Assembly: GCA_000384935.1 (NCBI GenBank) | Contig: ARRA01000002.1 | Location: forward strand, 191,700 to 255,699 | DNA: 64,000 bases | Reading direction: 5' to 3' | Source: a gamma proteobacterium SCGC AAA076-P13 | GTDB lineage: Bacteria > Pseudomonadota > Gammaproteobacteria > Magnimaribacterales > D2472 | Part shown: positions 49,320 through 60,047 of the stretch, one piece after another | Position numbering within the stretch: the stretch's first letter is position 1 | How the letters are laid out: each line of letters begins with the position of its first letter | Notes under the pieces: model-generated | Databases searched by the model: none | Seen by the model: the letters and a program-made list of their open reading frames with translations, nothing else | Told to the model about the DNA's origin: nothing | Translations under genes and position numbers: made by a program

Positions 49320-51143
49320 ATGGCTAGAGCAAAAACAAAGACATTTCAGACAGAAACTAAGCAGCTGTTAAAGCTGATGATTCATTCTTTATATTCAAAT
49401 AAAGAAATCTTCTTAAGAGAGCTTGTATCTAATGCATCAGATGCGATTGATAAATTAAGATTCAAATCGGTAGAGGACAAATCAATTTCAAAAATGAACA
49501 ATGATTTAAAGATCGATGTAAAAATTTTTAAAGATGAAAATAAAATTGTTATTTCTGATAATGGAATTGGGATGTCAGAAGAAGAAATTGTCCAAAATAT
49601 TGGAACAATTGCTAGATCTGGTACATCATCGTTTCTTGACAATATTACAGGCGATAAACAAAAAGATTCAAATCTTATCGGTCAATTTGGTGTGGGTTTC
49701 TACTCTGTGTTTATGGTAGCTGATAGAGTACAAGTCCTATCAAAATCTGCATATGAAGCATCTAATGAGGCTATATTATGGGAAAGCTCTGGTGAAGAAA
49801 AATATAAACTTGAGCAATCAACTAAAGAATCTAATGGCACAGATATTATTATCTATTTAAACGAAGACAATCATGAGTTTGCTGAAGAGGGTAGAGTTAA
49901 ATTTTTGCTAGAAAAATATTCCCAATATATAAATTTCCCTTTAAATCTAATTTCCGAATCAGGTGAGGTAAATAGAATAAACGATTCAGAGGCTTTATGG
50001 TTAAAACCAAAAAGATCAATAAAAGATAAGGAATATAATGACTTTTACAAGTTCACTACATTTGATCAAGAAGATCCTTTGTTTTGGGTGCATAACAAAG
50101 TTGAAGGCAGGAATGAATATACTAATTTATTATATGTTCCATCTAAACCGCCTTTTGACTTATGGAATAGAGAGTCACCCAGAGGTGTAAAACTTTATAT
50201 ACAAAGAGTATTTATAATGGATGATGCATCACATTTCCTTCCTTTATATTTAAGATTTGTTAGAGGTATCATCGATACCAGCGACCTTCCATTAAATGTT
50301 TCAAGAGAAATTCTTCAAGAGCATCACTTGGTTGATACGATTAAAAAAGGCGTTACAAAAAAGATACTAGACTCTTTGGTAGCACTAAAGAAAGACTCTT
50401 TTGATAAATATAAAAATTTCTGGAAAGAGTATGGATTGGTTCTCAAAGAGGGAACTGCCGAGGATTTTGAAAATAAAGAATTAATTGCAAGCCTTTTATT
50501 ATTTTCATCAACGTATTCCGAAAAGGATTCTCCAGAAAACACACTAGATGACTATATCGCGAGAATGACAGAGGATGATAATAAAATATATTATTGTGTA
50601 GCAGATACATATCAAGCAGCAGCTAATTCTCCTCACATAGAGGGCTTAAAATCTAAAGGGAAAGAAGTTTTATTATTAACTGATAGAATTGATGAATGGC
50701 TAATGACTGGTCTTATTGAATATAAAGGTAAGGAGTTGGTCAATGCAGCAAAAGAAGAGATAACTGAAGCGGAACAGAAAAAAGTTTCAGAGTCAGATCA
50801 AGATCTAGTTTCTAAAATAAAAAAACATCTGGATAGCAAGGTTTCTGAGGTTATAGTGAGTTCTAGATTAACAGATTCTGCCTCATGTCTAGTTGTCCCT
50901 AAAAATGAACCAGGGGCTCAATTAAGAAGAATTTTAGAGGCTTCAGGGCAAACCATGGAAGCGTCTAATCCAATTTTTGAAATTAACTCAAAACATAAGC
51001 TATTAAAAAAGCTTAAAGATCTTAAGGGTAAGCAATTTAACTCATTCGTAGATTTCCTATATGACTATGCTGTTATTGCGGAAGGTGGATCTCCGCAAGA
51101 CCCGTCAAAATATTTAAGACAGCTTGATAAATATTTATCATAA
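49320..51143 (+). CDS. htpG: Molecular chaperone HtpG (Hsp90)
   Basis: YSNKEIFLRELVSNASDA, DNGIGM, IGQFGVGFYS, DLPLNVSRE. Confidence 0.98.
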   Translation: MARAKTKTFQTETKQLLKLMIHSLYSNKEIFLRELVSNASDAIDKLRFKSVEDKSISKMNNDLKIDVKIFKDENKIVISDNGIGMSEEEIVQNIGTIARSGTSSFLDNITGDKQKDSNLIGQFGVGFYSVFMVADRVQVLSKSAYEASNEAILWESSGEEKYKLEQSTKESNGTDIIIYLNEDNHEFAEEGRVKFLLEKYSQYINFPLNLISESGEVNRINDSEALWLKPKRSIKDKEYNDFYKFTTFDQEDPLFWVHNKVEGRNEYTNLLYVPSKPPFDLWNRESPRGVKLYIQRVFIMDDASHFLPLYLRFVRGIIDTSDLPLNVSREILQEHHLVDTIKKGVTKKILDSLVALKKDSFDKYKNFWKEYGLVLKEGTAEDFENKELIASLLLFSSTYSEKDSPENTLDDYIARMTEDDNKIYYCVADTYQAAANSPHIEGLKSKGKEVLLLTDRIDEWLMTGLIEYKGKELVNAAKEEITEAEQKKVSESDQDLVSKIKKHLDSKVSEVIVSSRLTDSASCLVVPKNEPGAQLRRILEASGQTMEASNPIFEINSKHKLLKKLKDLKGKQFNSFVDFLYDYAVIAEGGSPQDPSKYLRQLDKYLS

Positions 51144-51145
51144 TT

Positions 51146-52171
51146 ATGATTACAAACAAAGTTGCAGTTTTGGGTGGAGGAAGTTTTGGTACAGTTCTTG
51201 CCAATATTGCAGCTTCTAACGGAAGTGATGTATATCTTTGGGTCAGAGATTCAGAACAGGCATTAAGAATCAACTCCGAAGGCGCAAACTCTGTTTATCA
51301 TCCAGAATTACAGTTATCTTCAAATATCCATGCATCTGAAGATTTAGATGAGGTCATCAAAGGCTCATCAATTATTTTAGTTGCGACCCCAAGTGTAATA
51401 TTTGAGAATATTATTCAAAGAATAGCACCTAAAATTAATAAAGGGGCTCATATCATTTCATGTACCAAAGGCATTAAATTAGACCCATTTAGATCTATGT
51501 CAGATATTATTTCAACAAACATAAATAGTAATGATAACCAGATCGGTGTTTTAAGTGGTCCTAACTTAGCAAAAGAGATAGCCGAGAACAAAGTATCTGG
51601 AACTGTTATAGCCAGTAGCAGTAAAGATTTAATAAATGATGTTAAAGAAATTCTTTCCTCAGAGACATTTAAGATTTATTCAAGTGATGATGTTCAGGGT
51701 GTAGAGTTAGCAGGAGCATTGAAAAATATCTATGCCATTATATGCGGCATGGCAGATTCCATGGGAGTTGGTGAAAATGCATTAGGGTTAATTTTAACTA
51801 GAAGTATGGCAGAAATGAGTAGGTTTGCAGTAGCGAAGGGAGCAAACCCAATTACCTTTCTAGGTCTTGCAGGTATGGGCGACTTAGTTGCAACATGCAC
51901 ATCAAACCTTTCAAGAAATTACCAACTTGGGTATCATCTAGGAACTGGTTTAAATTTAGAAAGTGCGAAAGAAAAAGTAGGTCAAGTAGCAGAGGGCATC
52001 AGAACACTTGAAGTTATTAAAAATGAATCATCTAACCTTGGTATTAAAATGCCACTTGTCGATTCTTTGTATAATATTATTTATGAATCAGCCAAAACCA
52101 AGACATTGATTGATGATCTTGTTAATAATCCGAACGAAGTTGATGTAGAATTTAAACATAGAGGAAATTAA
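51146..52171 (+). CDS. gpsA: NAD(P)H-dependent glycerol-3-phosphate dehydrogenase
   Basis: GGGSFGT, LSGPNLA, GALKN, GDLVATC..SRN. Confidence 0.96.
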   Translation: MITNKVAVLGGGSFGTVLANIAASNGSDVYLWVRDSEQALRINSEGANSVYHPELQLSSNIHASEDLDEVIKGSSIILVATPSVIFENIIQRIAPKINKGAHIISCTKGIKLDPFRSMSDIISTNINSNDNQIGVLSGPNLAKEIAENKVSGTVIASSSKDLINDVKEILSSETFKIYSSDDVQGVELAGALKNIYAIICGMADSMGVGENALGLILTRSMAEMSRFAVAKGANPITFLGLAGMGDLVATCTSNLSRNYQLGYHLGTGLNLESAKEKVGQVAEGIRTLEVIKNESSNLGIKMPLVDSLYNIIYESAKTKTLIDDLVNNPNEVDVEFKHRGN

Positions 52172-52174
52172 ATT

Positions 52175-52591
52175 ATGGAAATTAATAGAGAAGAAGTTAA
52201 AGAAGAAGTTTTTAAATTAGGAAAATGGACTCGTTTTGTCTTTATGTTTTTATATGCATTTGTATTAAATTTTGTTATTTCTGTATCCATTGGTCTTGCC
52301 TTTATTCAGTTCTTATTTTACTTATTCACCTCCAAGGTTAATGAGTCTTTATCTGATTTTAACAATCACTTATTTTTGTTTGTAAGTGATACTCTGAAAT
52401 TTCTTCTGTTTGAAACAGATGATAAGCCTTTCCCTTTTAAGAAGTCTAAAGAGTCTGAGGAAGATTCACATGAAGTTGTTGATGGCGACGTAAATGAAGT
52501 ACAAGATGTCTCTGAAGATGTTATTGAATCGGCTGAGGTTGAAGAAATATCAGAAGAAGTTGTTCAGACTGAAGAGGACTCTAAGTCTTAA
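52175..52591 (+). CDS. DUF4389-like protein with acidic tail
   Basis: WTRFVFM...QFLF...KPFPF core followed by an E/D-rich C-terminus. Confidence 0.75.
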   Translation: MEINREEVKEEVFKLGKWTRFVFMFLYAFVLNFVISVSIGLAFIQFLFYLFTSKVNESLSDFNNHLFLFVSDTLKFLLFETDDKPFPFKKSKESEEDSHEVVDGDVNEVQDVSEDVIESAEVEEISEEVVQTEEDSKS

Positions 52592-53420
52592 TTTTTTGTG
52601 CGGACTGAAGAGTTTGTAATATTAGAGTATTGATCGTCATAGGGCCCACCCCGCCTGGCACTGGCGTATATGCAGATGCTTTAGATTCAATATTCTTCAA
52701 ATCAATGTCACCACATTTTTCTGGGTGATAACCAGCGTCTATTACAACAGCATTATCTTTAATCCACTCATATTTGATAAATTCAGGAATTCCAACAGCC
52801 CCAACCAAAATGTCTGCTTGCTTAATAATTTCTTCTATTTTTTGAGTTCTTGAGTGACAAATAGTTACTGTTGCATTTTTATTTAATAGCATCATAGCCA
52901 TTGGTTTTCCAAGAATTGGACTTCTTCCAACAACAACAGCATTCTTTCCTTGAATTTCTATTTCATAGTGCTCAAGCAGTCTCATTATTCCTGCAGGCGT
53001 GCATGAACCAAAAGCAGGCAAACCCATTGCCATATTTCCAAAACCAAGACATGTAACACCATCAACATCTTTATTAATATCTATCGCATCAAAGCATTTT
53101 CTTTCATCGATTTGAGAAGGGACAGGGTGTTGAAGAAGTATCCCATGAACCCCTTCATTATTATTAAGACTATTTATTGAGCTGAGTAACTCCTCAGTGG
53201 TAGTCGACTCAGGTAGCTCAACAGCAATAGACTCCATACCGACTCTTTTACAAGTATTTCTTTTCATTCGAACGTATGTCTCAGAAGACGGGTCACTTCC
53301 AACAAGAATAGTTGCTAATGTTGGGTTAATGCCCTTATTTTTTAGATCAGATACTTCATTTTTAATACTATCTTCAGAAATATGAGCTAAGTTTTTACCA
53401 TCTAATATAATTGCTGCCAT
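52581..53420 (-). CDS. folD: Bifunctional methylenetetrahydrofolate dehydrogenase/cyclohydrolase
   Basis: [30 protein letters not shown]. Confidence 0.97.
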   Translation of the reverse strand: MAAIILDGKNLAHISEDSIKNEVSDLKNKGINPTLATILVGSDPSSETYVRMKRNTCKRVGMESIAVELPESTTTEELLSSINSLNNNEGVHGILLQHPVPSQIDERKCFDAIDINKDVDGVTCLGFGNMAMGLPAFGSCTPAGIMRLLEHYEIEIQGKNAVVVGRSPILGKPMAMMLLNKNATVTICHSRTQKIEEIIKQADILVGAVGIPEFIKYEWIKDNAVVIDAGYHPEKCGDIDLKNIESKASAYTPVPGGVGPMTINTLILQTLQSAQKIKT

Positions 53421-53499
53421 ACAAATATTATGTCATTAATAAATATTTATGCATATGATGATTGCTTATTTTATCTATTAACTTTAATATTTGCACCTT

Positions 53500-53576
53500 C
53501 GGGGTATAGCGCAGTCTGGTAGCGCACTCGCTTTGGGAGCGAGTGGTCGTAAGTTCGAATCTTACTACCCCGACCA
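53500..53576 (+). tRNA. tRNA-Pro(TGG)
   Basis: CGGGGTA/TACCCCG acceptor stem, anticodon loop TTTGGGA, CCA. Confidence 0.97.
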
Positions 53577-53577
53577 T

Positions 53578-53654
53578 GCGCCTGTAGCTCAGCTGGATAG
53601 AGCAACGGATTTCTAATCCGTGGGTCAGGAGTTCGAATCTCTTCAGGCGCGCCA
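53578..53654 (+). tRNA. tRNA-Arg(TCT)
   Basis: GCGCCTG/CAGGCGC acceptor stem, anticodon loop TTTCTAA, CCA; 1 nt after tRNA-Pro. Confidence 0.97.
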
Positions 53655-53675
53655 TTTTTTATATATAATCTAAAA

Positions 53676-55511
53676 ATGCTTTATCTTTCTGCTGCTATTA
53701 CGCTGTTATCTATCCTCGTATTAGGCAGTTTCAGCAAACTCTATAATAAATATATATTTCTATTATTAAGCCTTTCTAATTTATTAATTCTTGGCGTATA
53801 TTGTTTTTTTAATTACTTGTCTGGTAATGGTTTTAATGAAGCTATCCTCTTCCATTTAATACACGGAATTAATGGTTTTGGTGTTAAAGAATATGTGCTT
53901 CCAGGCTTGATATTATTTTTGTATTTTTTATCCTGCATAGCAATCACCCTTTTTCTTAATAAAAGAATCTATATTGATACTAAAAAAAATTTAGTTAGTG
54001 ACATTATTATTTTATTTATAACCTGCTTGGCTCTATTGCTTAATCCTTTACTAAAAGATATCAAAAGCATTTTCTTTTCATCCTCAACAGATTCATATTC
54101 AGAAATGAATGATTTTTATAATAAGCCTATTACGTTTACTAAAAAACCAGATAGTATTATTTTCTTGTATCTTGAACAGCTTGAAAGAACCTATTTAGAT
54201 GAAACTATATTTCCTAATCTAACTCCTAATTTGAAAAGACTTGAAAAAAAGGCAATAAGTTTTACTAATATATCTTCACCATTAGCAACTAATTGGACTA
54301 TTGCCGGCATGGTTGCATCTCAATGTGGAATTCCTCTTTTAACACCAATTGCAAGTGAGAATTCTATGGCCGGAATGGATAAATTTCTTTCCTCAGCTAC
54401 CTGTATTGGCGACATATTAAATAACAATTCCTATAATCTAAATTATATAGGTGGGTCTGACTTAGATTTTGCTGGAAAGGGTAAGTTTTATGATTCGCAT
54501 GGATTTAAGAGTGTTCAGGGCTGGTATGAACTACAAGATCGTCTTATTGATAAATCATATAAGTCTCCATGGGGATTATATGATGACTCATTATATGAAA
54601 TTATTGATGATAGATTGATGTTCTTAAAGAGCTCAAATCAAGCTTTTGGGCTGTTTGCTCTTACACTCGATACGCATCACCCTAATGGATATATAGCAAA
54701 TTCATGTAAAGATAGAGTTTATGGAGACGGAAAGAATTTAATTCTAAATTCAGTTCATTGCGCAGACTTCATGGCTGCAAATTTTATAGAAAAAATTATA
54801 AATGATGATATGTTTGAAAATACTATCTTGGTTGTTTTATCAGATCATCTCGCCCTTAAAAATACAGCATCCGCTTTGCTGCAGGAAGGCGATAGAAAAA
54901 ACCTTTTTTATATCTTTAAAAAAGATGCACCCAATCAATTAATTAACAAAATTGGCTCAATGTTTGACGTTGCACCAACGGCATTAAGTCTTGTTGGTAC
55001 AGATATTTTAGGTCTTGGCCTTGGTAGGAACTTATTTTTTGAGGACAGCTTATCAAATAATCAAATTGGAATAGAAAACATAATCAGCAGAAATCGAAAT
55101 AAAATTCTTTCTTTATGGTCCTTTCCTCAAATAGATACGAATTTTAATATTAATATACAGAATAAAAAAATTAACTTTGGAGAAAGAAGTATTGATCTGC
55201 CTGCATTGATACTTTTGGATAATAATAACAATGTTGAAGAAATCATGTTTGATTTTTACAATGCAAACCCTCTACCAAGAAAGGCAAATGAACTTGATGA
55301 TAAACAATCCTTCATATGGATTGATACTTGCTTAAGAATTAAAGCTTTTAAAAATCTTACAACAGCCAAAGAAACCTCTGATTTCTGTGCATTAGTTGGT
55401 ATAAAAGGTAAGCAAGACTTTAAATTATTTGAAGATCTTACTTATCTTACAGACGATCTAATATTTCAATTCTTTAGCGATACTAAAGAATCTTTTTTTA
55501 ATATGAACTAG
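53676..55511 (+). CDS. Phosphoglycerol transferase I / LTA synthase-family sulfatase-like membrane protein (OpgB/MdoB-like)
   Basis: N-terminal TM segments, YLEQLERTY, WTIAGMVASQCGIPL, TLDTHHP, SDHLA. Confidence 0.82.
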   Translation: MLYLSAAITLLSILVLGSFSKLYNKYIFLLLSLSNLLILGVYCFFNYLSGNGFNEAILFHLIHGINGFGVKEYVLPGLILFLYFLSCIAITLFLNKRIYIDTKKNLVSDIIILFITCLALLLNPLLKDIKSIFFSSSTDSYSEMNDFYNKPITFTKKPDSIIFLYLEQLERTYLDETIFPNLTPNLKRLEKKAISFTNISSPLATNWTIAGMVASQCGIPLLTPIASENSMAGMDKFLSSATCIGDILNNNSYNLNYIGGSDLDFAGKGKFYDSHGFKSVQGWYELQDRLIDKSYKSPWGLYDDSLYEIIDDRLMFLKSSNQAFGLFALTLDTHHPNGYIANSCKDRVYGDGKNLILNSVHCADFMAANFIEKIINDDMFENTILVVLSDHLALKNTASALLQEGDRKNLFYIFKKDAPNQLINKIGSMFDVAPTALSLVGTDILGLGLGRNLFFEDSLSNNQIGIENIISRNRNKILSLWSFPQIDTNFNINIQNKKINFGERSIDLPALILLDNNNNVEEIMFDFYNANPLPRKANELDDKQSFIWIDTCLRIKAFKNLTTAKETSDFCALVGIKGKQDFKLFEDLTYLTDDLIFQFFSDTKESFFNMN

Positions 55512-55543
55512 TTTTTTATAAATAATACATACTAAAATTACTT

Positions 55544-56479
55544 ATGTTTAAAATAGCAGCTTTGTATAAATTTGCCGAGGTATCTAATCCCTGTAAGGCT
55601 CAGTCTGAAATCAGAGCAAACCTTAAAAACTTATCCATTCATGGAACTATTCTTATTGGACAAGAGGGCTTGAATGGAACTATCTCAGGCTCTAAAAAAA
55701 ACATTGATAAAGCAATCGCATATATAAGACAGCTAAAAAATTTTAAAGATACAGATGTTAAGTTTTCAGAGGCTAATATCAATCCTTTTATAAGGCTAAA
55801 AATTAAATTAAAAGAGGAAATTGTAACTATTGGTGACAAGACTATTAATCCTGTGAATATGTCTGGTAATTATATAGAGCCAAAAAACTGGAATGATGTA
55901 ATAGATGACGATAATACTATATTGATTGATGCTAGGAATGATTATGAGTGCTCAATAGGGACATTTAAAAATGCTATTAATCCCAAAACTGTTAAGTTTA
56001 GAGATTTCCCTGAATGGGTAAAAAATCAAAACTTTTCTAAAGAAGATAAAAAAAATAAAAAGATAGCAATGTTTTGTACTGGTGGAATTCGTTGCGAAAA
56101 AGCATCATCATTTATGTTGAGAGATGGTTTTGAGGATGTTAATCATTTAAAAGGTGGGGTTCTTAAATATTTTGAAGATGTTCCAGAAGAAAAATCATTA
56201 TGGAAGGGCGAGTGTTTTGTTTTTGATGATAGGGTCTCAGTAAAACATGATCTTACAAGAGGTACATATGATATGTGTCATGGCTGCAGGATGCCAATAA
56301 CTCAGAATGATAAAGACTCTAAAAAATTTATCATGGGTGTGGCTTGCCCTAGTTGTTTTGATTCAACTACTGAAGATCAGAAAAGAAGATATATGAGTAG
56401 GCAGAAACAAGTTGATCTTGCAAAAGAAAGAAATACAAAACATATTGGCCCCAAAGAGGAGCCGATACAAAAAAGCTAA
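55544..56479 (+). CDS. trhO: tRNA uridine(34) hydroxylase TrhO (rhodanese domain, YceA)
   Basis: ALYKF, EGLNGT, DARNDYE, FCTGGIRCEKAS, GECFVFDDR. Confidence 0.92.
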   Translation: MFKIAALYKFAEVSNPCKAQSEIRANLKNLSIHGTILIGQEGLNGTISGSKKNIDKAIAYIRQLKNFKDTDVKFSEANINPFIRLKIKLKEEIVTIGDKTINPVNMSGNYIEPKNWNDVIDDDNTILIDARNDYECSIGTFKNAINPKTVKFRDFPEWVKNQNFSKEDKKNKKIAMFCTGGIRCEKASSFMLRDGFEDVNHLKGGVLKYFEDVPEEKSLWKGECFVFDDRVSVKHDLTRGTYDMCHGCRMPITQNDKDSKKFIMGVACPSCFDSTTEDQKRRYMSRQKQVDLAKERNTKHIGPKEEPIQKS

Positions 56480-57141
56480 TGGAACTTCCTATTTTATATT
56501 CATTCAAAAGGTGCCCTTATGCAATGAGAGCAAGGATGGCTATTTTTTTAACAGATACAATCTGCGAGATTAGAGAAGTAAAATTAAGCCATAAACCACT
56601 ATCAATGCTTGAGGTATCAAATAAGGGTACTGTTCCAGTCCTGATAGACAAGAATGGTAAAGTTTATGATGAAAGTCTAGATATTATTAATTGGGCTCTT
56701 CGGAAGAACAATATTTTTAATGAAAATATCACAGTTGAGCAAGTATCTTATTCACATGAATTAATAGCAGAATTTGATAAAGATTTTAAATTTCATTTAG
56801 ATAGATACAAATACTCTTCAAGATATATCTCAGATGAAAAATTATTCCATAGAGATGCTTGTATGGCTATTTTAAAGAAATTAGAACCTAGTTATTCTAA
56901 AGATGTTTGGTTTTTTGATAATAAGATAAATATGGTTGATATATGTATTCTCCCTTTTATAAGGCAATTTAGAATTGCAGATACTAATTGGTTTGATGCC
57001 TTGGAGGAAATCCCAGAAATACAAGGATGGTTGAATAGATTCTTGGAAAGTAAGTTATTAAAAAATATTATGATTAATTACAATACTTGGGAGCCGAAAA
57101 ATAAGAAAGAATTTTTTCCTTACAAACCAATTGAATCATAA
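56479..57141 (+). CDS. Glutathione S-transferase family protein
   Basis: LYSFKRCPYAMRAR, GTVPVL, ESLDI, FKFHLDRYKY. Confidence 0.9.
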   Translation: MELPILYSFKRCPYAMRARMAIFLTDTICEIREVKLSHKPLSMLEVSNKGTVPVLIDKNGKVYDESLDIINWALRKNNIFNENITVEQVSYSHELIAEFDKDFKFHLDRYKYSSRYISDEKLFHRDACMAILKKLEPSYSKDVWFFDNKINMVDICILPFIRQFRIADTNWFDALEEIPEIQGWLNRFLESKLLKNIMINYNTWEPKNKKEFFPYKPIES

Positions 57142-58520
57142 GACATTGCAATTTTTTCGATAGCGACCTTAAATGCAGCAGTTCTGAAATCATTAATTTT
57201 ATCGTTCTCAATAAACTCTTTTTTTACTTCTTGAAAACCATCAATCATCATGTCGTCAAGACCGGAACGGACTAAATCGATTTCATTTACTCCATCTAAT
57301 AATTCTGATTTATATTTTTCAGGCATTGGAGAATTTGTCATAGATTCAATCGCTTCAATTAAAGAGCTTAGCTGTATAATATTTTTTCTTTTTTCTAGTC
57401 TACCAAACCTTATGTGTTGAAGATTCTTCACCCATTCAAAATAACTTACAGCAACTCCACCAGAGTTAGCGAGAATATCAGGAATAACAAAAACTTTTTT
57501 TCTATTAAGGATCGAGTGACCCTTATAATTAATAGGGCCATTTGCTGCTTCAACTATAAGCTTTGCCTTAATGTCATCTGCATTTTTTTCAGTGATAACA
57601 TTTTCTCTAGCAGCTGGAATTAAAATATCACATTCTTTTTTTAGCAATAAAGAGGGGTCTTTTATAAAAGTACCTTTTGAATATTTTTCAAAACTCCCAT
57701 GTTTAGTAAAGAATTTTTTTGCATGCTCAACATCTAAACCTTCTTGATTAAATATAGCTCCGTTATATTCAGCTATACCAATAAGCCTTACTTGATTATC
57801 CTCACTAATAAATTTTGAGGCATGATAGCCAACATTTCCTAATCCCTGGATAATAAAAGTTTTATCACTCATTGAGGAAGTGAAGCCAACCATTTTTAAT
57901 AAATCCTCATTTCTAAAAAACTCTCTAACAATATACTGAACACCTCTTCCTGTTGCTTCTTCACGACCCTCTAATCCATTTTTATTAGCAGGCTTCCCTG
58001 TAACACACCCAGCTGCATTAATATCTGTGGGGTGAATTTTTCGGTATTCATCTGCAATCCAAGCCATTTCTCTAGATGATGAGCCAATATCTGGGGCAGG
58101 AACGTTTTGCGATGGACTTATCAAATCTCTTTTTATTAACTCTTGAGCAAATCTCCTAGTAACTTTTTCAATTTCAAAATCTTCCCAATCATTTGGATTA
58201 ATTTTTAGACCACCTTTTGATCCTCCAAAAGGAACATTTATGATCGCATTCTTATAGGACATAAGAGCTGCAAGAGCTTCAACTTCTTCTGCATGGGTAT
58301 CTAAATCAAACCTTATACCACCTTTAGTTGGTTCCATATGCTCTGAGTGAACTGATCTCCATCCTTCAAATGTATGAATATCACCCCTTAACCTAACACC
58401 AAATCTAACAGTATAAGTTGAGTTGCACGTAATAATTTTTTTAGCTAAACCCTTAGATATAGGTATTAGTTTTAAAGCTTTATTTACGAACTTAGTAGTG
58501 TCATTTAAAAAATTATTCAT
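57120..58520 (-). CDS. gdhA: Glu/Leu/Phe/Val dehydrogenase (glutamate dehydrogenase)
   Basis: KGGIRF, PFGGSKGG, VPAPD, GLGNVG, EAANGP, NSGGVAVSYFEW. Confidence 0.9.
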   Translation of the reverse strand: MNNFLNDTTKFVNKALKLIPISKGLAKKIITCNSTYTVRFGVRLRGDIHTFEGWRSVHSEHMEPTKGGIRFDLDTHAEEVEALAALMSYKNAIINVPFGGSKGGLKINPNDWEDFEIEKVTRRFAQELIKRDLISPSQNVPAPDIGSSSREMAWIADEYRKIHPTDINAAGCVTGKPANKNGLEGREEATGRGVQYIVREFFRNEDLLKMVGFTSSMSDKTFIIQGLGNVGYHASKFISEDNQVRLIGIAEYNGAIFNQEGLDVEHAKKFFTKHGSFEKYSKGTFIKDPSLLLKKECDILIPAARENVITEKNADDIKAKLIVEAANGPINYKGHSILNRKKVFVIPDILANSGGVAVSYFEWVKNLQHIRFGRLEKRKNIIQLSSLIEAIESMTNSPMPEKYKSELLDGVNEIDLVRSGLDDMMIDGFQEVKKEFIENDKINDFRTAAFKVAIEKIAMSYDSIGL

Positions 58521-58653
58521 TTGATCCCCTTAATAAAATATTAATCTATTTTATTCAGATTAACTATATATAAATCCACTAAGATTGATTTTGTTTTTTT
58601 AATGAATTAATAAATAATAATTACTATTTTTAACCTATAATGTTTCGTTTCGT

Positions 58654-58731
58654 GGCGGGCGTAGCTCAGTTGGTTAGAGCGCTGGATTGTGGCTCCGGAG
58701 GCCGTGGGTTCGAACCCCATCGCTCGCCCCA
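58654..58731 (+). tRNA. tRNA-His(GTG)
   Basis: G-1 plus GCGGGCG/CGCTCGC acceptor stem, C73, anticodon loop TTGTGGC, CCA. Confidence 0.96.
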
Positions 58732-58749
58732 CTTAAGTAGGTAAATTAA

Positions 58750-60045
58750 ATGACAAGCAAACTAAAAAAACTTAAAGATTTAGAAAGAAAATTAACTGTT
58801 TCTGTTCCTGTAGAAGAATATGATTCAAAATTTAAATCAAAAATTAATAACATTAAAGGGCAAGCTAAGCTAGATGGTTTTAGGAAAGGCAAGGTTCCAA
58901 ATGATGTTTTAGAACAAAGATATGGCCCATCAATTCATGCTGATGTTGTAAATGAGTTAATACAAAAATCATATCCAGAAGCACTTAAAGAAAACAATAT
59001 TAGACCAGCTTCTGCGCCAGAAGTAGCTCTTGAAAGCGAAGATCCAAAAAAGCCTATTTCATACTCAGCAACTTTTGAAATTTTTCCTGAAATATCTCCT
59101 AAGCTTAGTAGCTGGACTAAATATGAAAATATATCCATTTCTATTGAAGATGAGGATATTGATTTAGCTATAAAAGATATTGTTAAAAGATATGGGGAGT
59201 GGGAAGACGTATCAAGAAAATCTCAAAAAGATGATCAGGTCATTATAGATTTTACTGGAATGATTAATGGAGAGGAGTTTGAAGGAAATTCTTCAGTAGA
59301 TTTTAAGCTCGTTTTAGGTAGTAATTCTATGATTCCTGGATTCGAAGACTCTATAGTCGGAAAAGAGCCTTCGGAATTTAAAATCACATCAAAGTTCCCT
59401 GATGACTATTTTAAGAAAGATCTTGCAGGGGTTGAGGCTGAGTTCAATATTAATTTAAAAACAGTACAAGAATTAAAAGTTGCAAAAGTTGATGAAGAGC
59501 TTTTTTCAAAACTTGATATGGAAGTTAAAGATGAGGATGAGTTTAAAGCAGAAATCTCAAATAGAATGAAGAAAGAAGTTGAGACTCAGGAAAAAGATTT
59601 AACCAAAGAGTCTATGTACGAAACCTTACTTAAAACAAATAGCTTTAGCGTTCCAAAAGTAACTGTAAAAGAACAAGCTGATTTAATGCGAAAGGATGCA
59701 TTAATGAGAATTGGCCACTCCGAGGAAAATGCTGGAGATGACCTATTTCCAGTTGATTCATTTATGGAAAATGCAGAGAAAAGGGTAAAGCTAGATCTAT
59801 TATTTGCAGAGCTTGTAAATCATTTTGAGCTTACTGTTGATAAAGATAAATTAGATGTCTTTATTGATAAAGAGGCTACTAAATATAAAGATGCAGATCA
59901 ATTTAAACAATGGATTGCAGGGCAACCTCAGCAATTAGAACAATTTAGAATGATGGCCTTAGAAGAGCAATTAGTTGAAAATTTAGAAAATGCCCTTAAA
60001 TCTAAAGATAAGGTGATAAGATTCTCAGAACTAGCAAATAAATAA
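58750..60045 (+). CDS. tig: Trigger factor
   Basis: DGFRKGKVP ribosome-binding motif, FKBP domain (MIPGFED, FPDDY). Confidence 0.97.
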   Translation: MTSKLKKLKDLERKLTVSVPVEEYDSKFKSKINNIKGQAKLDGFRKGKVPNDVLEQRYGPSIHADVVNELIQKSYPEALKENNIRPASAPEVALESEDPKKPISYSATFEIFPEISPKLSSWTKYENISISIEDEDIDLAIKDIVKRYGEWEDVSRKSQKDDQVIIDFTGMINGEEFEGNSSVDFKLVLGSNSMIPGFEDSIVGKEPSEFKITSKFPDDYFKKDLAGVEAEFNINLKTVQELKVAKVDEELFSKLDMEVKDEDEFKAEISNRMKKEVETQEKDLTKESMYETLLKTNSFSVPKVTVKEQADLMRKDALMRIGHSEENAGDDLFPVDSFMENAEKRVKLDLLFAELVNHFELTVDKDKLDVFIDKEATKYKDADQFKQWIAGQPQQLEQFRMMALEEQLVENLENALKSKDKVIRFSELANK

Positions 60046-60047
60046 TT

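Noticed and set aside
53428-53655. 75-aa minus-strand ORF
   Set aside because: It is the antisense shadow of tRNA-Pro and tRNA-Arg.
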